The position numbers and the translations under genes were made by a program. Of a DNA stretch of 52,864 nucleotides, positions 43,448 to 52,864 are shown piece after piece. The stretch lies in assembly GCA_001179505.1 (NCBI GenBank), contig CDMY01000552.1:1-52864 (forward strand), read 5' to 3'. How positions within the stretch are numbered: the first letter of the stretch is position 1; every line of letters starts with the position of its first letter. Source of the stretch: Vitrella brassicaformis CCMP3155. Lineage: Eukaryota; Protista; Chromerida. The notes below the pieces were generated by a model that worked only from the letters and a program-made list of their open reading frames with translations, was not told where the DNA came from and did no database searches.

Positions 43448-46400
43448 TCAGGTTGGCTGCGACACGAATGGGCTCGTGGCCCACCGCGCCATGTCATCCA
43501 CCGACCCAGCAAAAGCCACATCCGTCTTGCACTGCTCACACAGGTAGCCCCGTGCAGCAGCTCCAGCGGCTCTTTGTCTTGCTTGATGCGCTCCCTGCTC
43601 TCCTGCTCGCGCCGGGCGTTCTCGGCCTTGACCCGGGGTAGATTCTGCTGCCATGTGGTCTTGCGGCGGGCATAGCAGGTGGTGCAGATGTGCATGTGTC
43701 TGCAGGGGATGTACATGACGGTCGCGGGGCCGTGCTCGCCAAAACAGATGAGACAGTCCACCACAGCCGCACTGTTGCTGGCAGCACCGGCGGTTGTTGC
43801 TGGGGGTGAGGGGCGCTGGGGCTGGCGGGGCCTGTCGTTTCCCTCATCAAAGCTGCTAGACGGCAAGCAGGCAGGCGACCTGACACAAACAACAGAGCAA
43901 CAGCCGTACCGCCACCTCATCGGTGTTACCTCGATGCCTCACCTGTCGGGAAGTGTCACTGGTGTCACCGACCGCCCATCGCCACCGCCACAAGACGCAA
44001 ACCTGAATGAGGAAACACATATGGAGTTGCCGACATATGACCTGTCCCCTGCTATATGCCCTCACCTGCCATGGTTGACGAGTGGCGGGGGGCCTCTGTT
44101 GTGAGATGCACCAGCTTGAGCACACGCCGAACTCACCGGTGAGGACAGCTCCTTGCTGAGGGCAGCACCAGATGAGAGCTCAGGTGGGCTGGGTGGAGGG
44201 GGCGGGGGCGGGGGAAGGGGAAGGGGACGGGGAGACCGCCGATGAGCCTTCGGGTTGCTGATGACCTCCGCTGACGGCAGCCAGGGAGCTGAAGGGGCCG
44301 CGCCCATCGACGGTGGTGGAGATGCGATTGTTGGCAGCCCCAGGCCCCTCCCGGCCGCCCGTCTCCTCTGTGCTATGCTCACGCTCATCGGCAGAGTGTC
44401 GCGCGGGGTCGGGTTTGCCGTCGATGTGGCACTGCTGACAGCTCCAGACGGATGCCCCTCACTCACCCTCTTTGCAGGGCTGCTGGTTGCCGTCTGGTGA
44501 GATGAAATCGCTTGAGTCGTCCTGCCCCTCTTGGTCCGGTTCGACCGATTGCGCGTCACCGCCGTCCACTGGCGGTCATCAGACTCCATCTCGGCCACAG
44601 TGGTCGATACCTCTCGCAGCACATTGGGTGTCTGGCGGCCACTGCTGCTGCTGCTGCTGGCTGTTGGAGCGGAGGCACGGCCGCCCCCATCATTACTCCC
44701 ACCACCAGTATCAGCAGCACCAGAGGAAGGCTGAGCAACGGGCCGTCTGGGAACATTAGTGTGTCGCCCCTTGCCGCCTCTGCCCTTGTCCTTCTTATCC
44801 GCCTCTTCGCCAGCCAGCAGCTCTCTCTGGTGCCGCTCGGCTTGCTGTTCCCGTCGGTACTGCCGCAACCGCAAAATGTGGAGGTAGAGGAAGCGCCACA
44901 AACGCGGCAGCATGGCCAGGGCGGCAAGAATGATAGCGATGCCGAGAGCCCGACGTGACAAGACTCGGTGGCCGCCTGGGGTCATTGCGAGAATGCGGAT
45001 GGCCGCTGCCTTCACCGACAGGTCACCATAGTCCAGCAGCTTGGCTAGAAGGGGCAGTCCGCCCACCTCCACCAACTGAGATTTGGCTGACTCCGCACCA
45101 TCCTCCCCCAAGAGGATCTGCAGGGGGCGTAAGGCGTTGACAGGTTTCAGGGCACCAACTGCACCTCTGCCTGAGAGCTCCGTGCTGCGTGTGAGAGCCT
45201 CGACAAGAGAGGGGACCGCGCCAAGCCTGACACAAGCGGAGCCCATAAGCATCCGTTTGTGTATTGGTTTGTTTGGCCACTCAGTTACCGACCGGATGAG
45301 AGCATCGACTACCCGAGGGCCGCTCCCGGCAAACCCGCTGAGTACGTCGCCCGCTGCCCGCTGAACGTCATCGTCCCCGGTCTCGCGAGCGACACGAAGC
45401 ACAGCTTCTCCAAGCTGATCGACATACTGCAAGACCACCAGCTCCTCGCTCTGGGCAGTGCCTTTAACCATTCCCAGCAAAGTACCCACTAGCTGCAGCT
45501 TGTCGTCGCTCTGCAGTTCCAGGGCCAACATCTTGGCGGACGCCGCTACAAGCCCAGTTGGCTGGCTGCGGCCCTCAGATTCGTCAAGGAGAGACTCCGT
45601 GTCTGTGTCGTCCGCCATGCTCTCCACGTTTGCCTCCAATAGCTCCATGGCCCTTTTGGCTCTCATTTGGATGGCGTCAGTGGGGTGCTCAACGAGCTGC
45701 TCGATCGATTGCTTACAACGACCGTCACGCTGCACATACATAGAGACACAACACGACAGACGAGCCGTGCAATTGGGGTGTTTTCCCTCCCTCTTTGCCT
45801 TCCCGTGTGTGTGGTCAGTGAGTGCAGGACCTTTGTAAGGATGAAGGCTTTGGCTCGCCGCCTTAAACTGCCACTGAGCGAACTGACAGACACGTACAGA
45901 TTCAATACTCGTCGATGTGTGATGTGAGTACACACCTGAGGGCACCCGCCAAGGAGTCGACGAGAAGAGTGTCAATGTAGTCCCAGTCCCACAAAGGCGA
46001 CTGCATCTCCGCCGTAAGGAAGCCACACGCCTGTTCAACGCAGGTGTGGTCAGCTGCGTAGATTTGCTGCTGCAGCACACGCAGAGCAAAAATTAAGAAA
46101 TTAAGAAGATCTGTCTGTTGTGTCTTGCCCACTCACTTGCGTGTCAGTCCCCTCGCGTATCAGCAGGTTGCACACACGATTATACGTCAGGATGTGGCCA
46201 GCTGCATCGCTGAATTGGCCAACATTGCTGCGTGATACAGCGACTTCCATGTCACGCATCGATGCAGTGAGGACGTTGGGAAGCACTTCAGAATCGATCA
46301 TGGTCTCAATTACGGCTGCCTGCAGCCCGGGCCGCTCGCCTGATCGAACACACACACACAGTTAGGACAAAGAAACACACAAACAAACAAACAAAGGAAG

Positions 46401-47209
46401 GAGGCTTGTGGTGCGCTGTGGTGGCTGGTATGGGTCATCTTACGAAGGTCATCAAGGATGGGCATCAAGATGTTCTCTACGATGGCAATGGCATGGTGAC
46501 GCATCCTGACGTCGGGCACTAACACCATGGCCGACAGCTTTTTGAGCGCCCCATGCTCGAACAATGTGTAGGCCACATCAACACACTTAGGTCTTGGAGC
46601 CAGACACGGAGCGATTTGGAGCTTCCTGATGACGTCGGTTGCCGCTCTCTTGGCCCCTTCGTGCTGGTGGTCCAGCAGCTGCACAAGTGGTGGCAGCCCG
46701 TCGGCCTCGAGCAGCTCACTCGCCCACTGCAAGCCCTTATCATGGGCCACAAGCACCATCTGGTGCAAGGGCGTGATGATGGCTGGGGCAAGCTCCTCGT
46801 CTGGCAGCTCTACAGCTCGCTTGAGGGCCCCGACAAGGGAAGAGATGACACCCACCCTGACACAGACAGACAGACAGCCATGTGTGTCAGCAGTTCGGCC
46901 TGTCTCTTCCTGTCTGTACGTCTGTGTCAGCACTTACCGTATGAGTGCCTCCACGGTTTTGGTGCCCATTCTCCCGATTGACGTCAGCAGCTTCGATGCC
47001 TCCAGCTGCACAGCCGACTCAAATGCCCCTCCCAGCAGAGCACTGACAGCCTCCCCGGACCGCTCGGCAACGCCTGCAGCAATGTAGTCCGGCCGTGTGA
47101 TGACAGCACGAAGCTGCTTCATCAGACTGTGCACGTCATCCTTGTGAAGATCGCCCCTGACGGCTGGCGACAAGCAGTCCAGCGTGACGACGAGCACAGC
47201 CGCCAACAT
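43448..47209 (-). CDS. Signal peptide - ARM repeats - TM - low-complexity - RING protein (gene A); last RING CxxC in the -1 frame
   Basis: Start MLAAVLVVTLDCLSPAVRG; ARM-like ELLEADGLPPLVQLLDHQHEGAKRAATDVIRKL and LVEVGGLPLLAKLLDYGDLSVKAAAIRIL; TM ALGIAIILAALAMLPRLWRFLYL; RING CLICFG..CRHMHICTTC; GYLCEQCK lies in another frame after 43548-43551. Confidence 0.75.
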
Positions 47210-47587
47210 CAGGGGCGAGATGACAGTCGAGGGAGTCGGGACGGTAGGCGAAGGGCCCGTCCAGTTATTTGCTACTGTAACGGCCGATGAAAAAACAGAA
47301 GTCACGCAGCTTTGTCTCAGAACAGGCTAGTCTGAGATCAGCTCACCGCCTCTGTCGTTTTGTTTCCAACGTCCCACTATCTTCTCGCAGTCGAAGATCG
47401 AGCCGCACACAAGACAGAGCATCCCGAACACAAGGACAGAGCATGAAGCGTCATGAACCACACAAATGCACCAACGCAATCCTCTCAGACAAATGCAATC
47501 AACAGGGGCGCAAAGTCATCACGTTGCATAGCGCCCCTCAGCCCCACACACAAATCATCAGGCCGCCAACTGTACACCCCAGCTCGT

Positions 47588-50500
47588 CTAAATGGTGGGC
47601 CCCGACTTCCTGTAGTCAGTCTCGCTTCTACAGATGGGGCACTGTGTGTTGCCCCGCCCCGGCGCATAGCTCTTGTGCCAGCAAGTGACACACAGACATC
47701 GGTGGCGGCAGGTGGACGGCGCCTTGCCGATGAGCACCACCGTCCGCTGCCCGTCGTGGCACACCGCACACGACTCATCGTCCTCCCTGTCGTCGATGCG
47801 CCGCTGGAGCTGCCGATTCTCCTCCTGGTGCGCCCGAATGACGAGCCCGTCGAGCTGCTGAATGCGGGCAATGACGCGGGCGAGGAAGGCTGTGGCGTCG
47901 GCCACCGTGTGGATGGACGAGAGGGAAGTCACCGAAGGCCTGCACACCCCCACACAGATGGATAGAGATGGACAGCTTATGTGTGTGTGCGTGGACGTAC
48001 CTGTTGCGATTGTCGTCCTTGATGGCATCGACGCGCGACTGGAGCTTCCACACATCATGCGAGAGGCACCGCAGCCGACGACCCAGCTCACCGCTACAAA
48101 GCCGCTGCTCAACTCTGAATGCCACACACGCAGACACACATATGGCGGTGAGAAACCCCGCTGTTCTATGCTCACTCTGAGATGCGCTGCGTGAGTGCTG
48201 CCAGCTGCTCGTCGAGCCCCAAACCGCTAATGTCATCATCTACACCAGCATCCGACAAGCTGCCCTTCTCCAGCGGCCCACAGGGGCCACCCGCATCAGC
48301 CGAGGACGACGCCGATGCTGCCGCTGGTCCGTCAGCGGCCGTGCCCTGCTCCATCTCTGTGTGTGGCTCTTCCACTGCTGTCGATCCGCTGCTGAGTTGT
48401 TGGATCTTGCTGAGGGCGGCGTCGTAGATGGGCTGCAGGGCGGCCTTCTCGGCCTCGGCCTCAGCCGAGAATTGCCGGATGCCCTCAACGCCGCCCGCAC
48501 GAACCACCTCATCCAACTCGTCAACAGACCTGAAACACATAATACACACGACAGAAGGTGCGTCAAGGTTCTTTCCGCCCTGTGTGTGTGTGTGCGGTTC
48601 GTCTCGCTTGGGTGCGTTGCGCATGGCGGCTTCCTTCTCGTGTATGAGTTTGGCTTTGCGCTTCTCTAGCGAGGCGATGGCCGCCAACTTGCCGTCCAGC
48701 TCACCACGCAACCTACACACGCATCCCAAGACACACACACACCCAATGTTGCGTTGAAAGTGCCACCCTTTCACCCAGCCGCCCATCTTACTGCTGCAAT
48801 CTCTTGACAGCCTGCCGCTTCTGCTCTAAGGCCATGGCGCGTGCGGGATCGCCCAATGCTGCTCCATCACCCTCCTGCTGCCCCATCGTGTCATTGCCCC
48901 GCTTTGTCTCCCACTCCTACCAAGCAGCCTCCATGCCCCTCACCCACGCAGAGTCATCAGAAGGACTGCCGGGCGATAACGACAAGGCCACGACGGCTGG
49001 ACTGCCGCTACTCAGCTCGGCATTGACGCCCTCGGGTCGCTGAGAGCCGACGGAGGCACACCCATCAGCGGCAGCCGATGCTGAGCCGGCAGCGGACGGC
49101 CACTCTGCATTGGTCTGCTGTTGGACGGCAGCGGACGACGACGAGTGCTGCTTGAGGGGCGGGGTCACAAACGGAAGGGCAGTGGGGGAAGGCCTATTGG
49201 CTGTTGGACCAGTCACAGAGATGCTGCTGGCGCTGTTTGGCGTCTGCTGTGGGGGCGTCGTCTCGTGAGATGAGCTCGATTGATCAGCCTGCTGCTGTAG
49301 TAAGGACGCATCGGCTCCGCCCGACCCGCCTCTTCTGCCCTTCTTCTTTCGGTGTCTCGGCGTGGGTGCTGATTGGTTGCTGTCTGCTGCCATCGTCTCT
49401 TCTTGTTCCTCCTGCTGGTACGCCAGCGAGGTGGGCGTCAGGCAGCCACTCTGGCTGGTGGTGGTCGCGCTCCCGCCGTCATCGTCAGCAGCAGCGGAGG
49501 ATGGCTTGTCGATGGGCTCAGCGGCTGAAGCATAAGTCTGCCTGGCATGGCGTCTGCGGCCCCTCCCCTGCCCTCTGTTCCACTCTCTTTCCTCCTCAGC
49601 TATCAGCTCAGCCGCTGTGTCTTCGGCCTGAAGCTGCTGACGACGCTGCAGCCAGGGACCGACAACAAAGCGCCACAGTGCCGAAAGGCCGAGCAGGACA
49701 GCGAGGGCAACGGCAACCCAGGGCGCCCAGGGAGAGGACACCTGCAAAGGAAAGAGCCACTCGGAAAGAGAGAAGGACAAATTATTCTTTCTGTTGCCTC
49801 TTGTGCAGTACTAGATCAAGGCTTTTTGGAAGCCGATACAATCCACTGCCCTGATACGGATGGACACAGCAGAAATGCGGCTGTGCGTACGACTGTGTCG
49901 CTTCCATGAAGGTAGATCGACACACAGGTGTGCCTACCGCTATTCGCTAAATGTGCGCGCCGAAGTGCTAGCGACTCCGGCGAGTTCTTGGATGGCGCGC
50001 TTACAGCTGCTCTGAAGATACGAAGCATAAATGAACTCGGTAAGGCGTCGTCTGAGACCCTGCGTCTGACCCTCATCTGAGACGCGATTCTCATCTTTAA
50101 GGCCACACTGCCGCTGATCGATCGACAGGACAGCATGATCGTGAGCAGTACAGACGCAAGGCATCGAGTACCTTTTTGCTAATCTGAGCAATATTTGCTT
50201 GCAGGCGTCCACGCTCTCGGGATACATAATGATTCTGGACTCCAGCGTGTCGCATATTACGTCCACACACCCATGGTCGACTGCATAGTTACTCTACAAC
50301 GTCGGCAAACACAGACAACGACGAAAGTCTGACGCCTTCTTCCACACCCTCCCGCCCACCGCCGTTTCATTTCCCCACTTCCACGGGAACAAACACGACA
50401 TCAGAGGAATGTGCGTGAGCGCTTCCATCGGACGACCGAAAACTCCCGTTTCCCTTCGGTATGCCCTCATCAAATTCGGGAGGACCTCAGCGTCTATCAT

Positions 50501-51222
50501 TTGCGCCATACTGACGGGAACCGTCTCGCGGCGCTTCCCTGAGGCACCCACACAGGCAATTGGCAGACGACTGTGATGCCTTTCTGCAGCTGCATGGGTG
50601 ACTCACGTGCCATCTGATGTAGGGAGACCACCGCAACGAACAAGGCATGTAGGGCATCGTGGTTGGTCGATAGAAGTAAAGGCGAGATCCTTGACACCGC
50701 TCCATACTCGGAAAAAACATCGGCCAAACCAGACGGCAGTTCCGCGAGTCCGTAAACGCCCGTCGGGGCGACAGAAATCTGGGCCAGCAGGGCTGTCGCA
50801 GCTGTGACAACGAACTCATCGTGACGGTCCAGCAGCTGCACGGCGACCATCAATGTACTCGGCTCGATGAGCATCTTAGGGGCGACTTGTAAGAGATGCG
50901 CCAGCAGGACGACTGCTTCCCGTTCCACGTCGCTGTCCCGAGACCTTTCCAGCAGACGAGTAAGAAATCCAGCGTATCCCATAGCCTCCTCCTGCGGTTG
51001 TGTGCTGTCTGCAATATCCTCTCTGATGGTCCGCAACACGCTCAGCTGCAGGGCAGTGTCGTTGGTCTCCACAGCCAAACCAGCCAGCTCAACCGGAAGG
51101 GCGATAGATTCCTCGAAGGATCTATCGCCCTTCTGGCCCTTCTTGTCAGGAAAATGCCGGTGCTGCAAGGAGCCGCTCGGGGTGGCCATAAGGGCCAGCG
51201 CATAGAGCAAGGCCGACAGCAT
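47588..51222 (-). pseudogene. Signal peptide - ARM repeats - TM - coiled coil - RING gene (gene B) with a premature TAG before the RING
   Basis: Start MLSALLYALALMATPSG; ARM-like LMVAVQLLDRHDEFVVTAATALLAQI; MIDAEVLPNLM (gene A has MIDSEVLPNVL); TM WVAVALAVLLGLSALWRFVVG; TGG TAG GAG at 48917-48919 where the paralog has TGG TCT GAG; downstream RING exon intact. The splice path at 49750-49935 is unresolved. Confidence 0.65.
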
Positions 51223-51561
51223 CAGGAGATCCACAACAAGATCAGCCGCGGGAATCAGTTCACGGCTGTCCCACAAGAGACCACAGCCGTGACACCCCTC
51301 TACAGGGGACACCCCCGCCCGGACTTTTGGACGGACGACTGGATGAATTGCTTTGCTTTGCGCTGTCCCCACAGCATGCCGTACGCCATTGGCTACCTTC
51401 AGATGGTCACAATGCACAAAAAAACCGTCCTACCGTGTCTGCGAGATCGGATCGGGTGGAGGGGTTCTGACCTTCCAGGGTTATCCCACGCCTCCCTCCG
51501 CACGTCGCAGATTCCGTGCGGCAAAGGGAAGAGGGCCGAATAGCTGTCTGCAGCCGTCATC

Positions 51562-52864
51562 ATGACGGTGGTGCGGCTGCAGGCTGAGGATGGAGCGTAG
51601 AGGTGGAGGAGAAAGCCGCTCGCGTATCGAAAACCATCGACAGCATTCTGCAAGGTGAGGAAGCGACGAAGCCAAGATGCATCATGCACTTCCTGATTTG
51701 TCCATCCATTCATTTGTCTGTCAGATGACGACAGCAGCAGTGAGATCCCTCTCCACAGTATCCGCAGAGCCACGCTGCAAAAGGTGATGCAGTGGTGTGG
51801 GCGTCACGCCGATGAGGACAGCGAAGGCGGCACGCCTTTGGCCACGCCAGAAACACTGACGACAGCGAAGGCTACAGAGGAGGTGCGTGCGTCTGGCCGG
51901 CCACCATGTGCGCTAAACACACCAACACAGCACGCGTGGTTATGGGGTCTGCCTGCGTGTGCATTGTAGGTCCTAGACGATGAGTGGGATACCACCTATG
52001 TGGAGGAGATGAGCTGGGAAACGCTGTGCGATGTCATCAAGGTGGGTGTGGTGTGACACGTGTCACAAGACCATCCATCCATCCATCCATCGGACTACCA
52101 GCCAGCCAGCCTGCCTCCTGCGTGTTGGCTCCATCAGGCGGCCAGCTACCTCCACATCCCCCGTCTGATCCAGATAGCCCAGATCAAAATCGCACTATAT
52201 CTGCGCGCGGTATGCGGCAGCCAAGCAGGAGAGCTCACACCACATTAGGTGGTGATCGTCACGGTGGTGCTCTGCGTGCAGGAGAGTAGCCCTTCGGAGA
52301 TCGCCATCTTGGTCAACAAGGCGAAGGTGTGTGTGCGTGCACGGGAAGGCACACATACACACTCATTCGCCTGTGGGAATGAATGTCTGCTCAGGCTGTT
52401 TCTGTGGGGGCGTCGCCAGAAGATGGCGGCCAGGTGAAGAGATCGGCCGAGGGCGAGGCCAAGGGGGCGTCGGGCAGCGGCAGGCAGCCGGGTCTCAGGC
52501 AGCCCTTGCTCGCCTTCGCCTCCATACCGGTACGTGCGTAAAGCAATCAGGCAGGCAGGCAGGCAGATACACGACACGCGCCCAAACTCGTCCTTCGATC
52601 TGCTCGGTGTGTGTCTTGGGTCCGTCTTCCGTCACTCAGTATGACGTGCTGGCTTTGACGTTGGCCTTGCTGCCCCTAGACCTCCTCTCTGCTGCGGCAG
52701 GCGCCTCGCTCACGCCCGTCGACACTCGAGAGTGGGAGGTGCTGGCCGCCAACTACACCCACCTCATCATCGACCACGACGACACCAGTGCGACCTTCTT
52801 CGAGAAGCTCTCCTTCGCGGCGGCTTACGAGTGGGGCAGACGGCTGCCGCACCTCAGGAGCATC
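51562..52864 (+). pseudogene. Skp1/F-box-like fusion copy 2 with a 1-nt deletion in exon 1; continues beyond the window
   Basis: ATG at 51562; gatggagcgtagagg vs gatggagcggtagagg in copy 1 gives TAG at 51598-51600. Downstream exons are intact: EIPLHSIRRATLQKVMQWC, DEWDTTYVEEMSWETLCDVIK|AASYLHIPRLI, LLAFASIP|YDVLALTLALLPLDLL. Confidence 0.7.

Noticed and set aside
1-52864. Autonomous transposon explaining the inverted duplications
   Set aside because: No transposase, reverse transcriptase, integrase, helicase or terminal repeat with target-site duplication was recognisable.

Overview
Intron-rich eukaryotic nuclear DNA (GC-rich exons, short GT-AG introns full of microsatellites, five 300-N placeholder gaps). 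The style and gene content suggest a chromerid alveolate such as Vitrella brassicaformis; this is an inference, not a database result. Gene models were rebuilt by hand from splice signals, so exon borders are approximate. The centre (14.7-31.1 kb) holds conserved genes: BT1 folate/biopterin transporter, RETSAT-like oxidoreductase, calnexin and WS/DGAT. Both flanks are rich in ubiquitin-system genes: a TRAF-like RING-ZnF-coiled-coil-MATH gene, a family of signal-peptide/ARM/TM/RING genes (two near-complete, one partial), and two inverted copies of a gene in which a Skp1-like domain splices in frame into an F-box-like motif and a large C-terminal domain. That apparent single-chain Skp1-F-box adaptor is the best candidate for an undescribed system. 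Three neighbouring ubiquitin genes carry single disabling lesions. A 7.4-kb gene at 6.4-13.9 kb has grown by tandem duplication of phase-0 exon+intron modules. Many introns are AC-rich at the 5' end and GT-rich at the 3' end and could fold back on themselves. No rRNA, tRNA, CRISPR or transposase was recognised.
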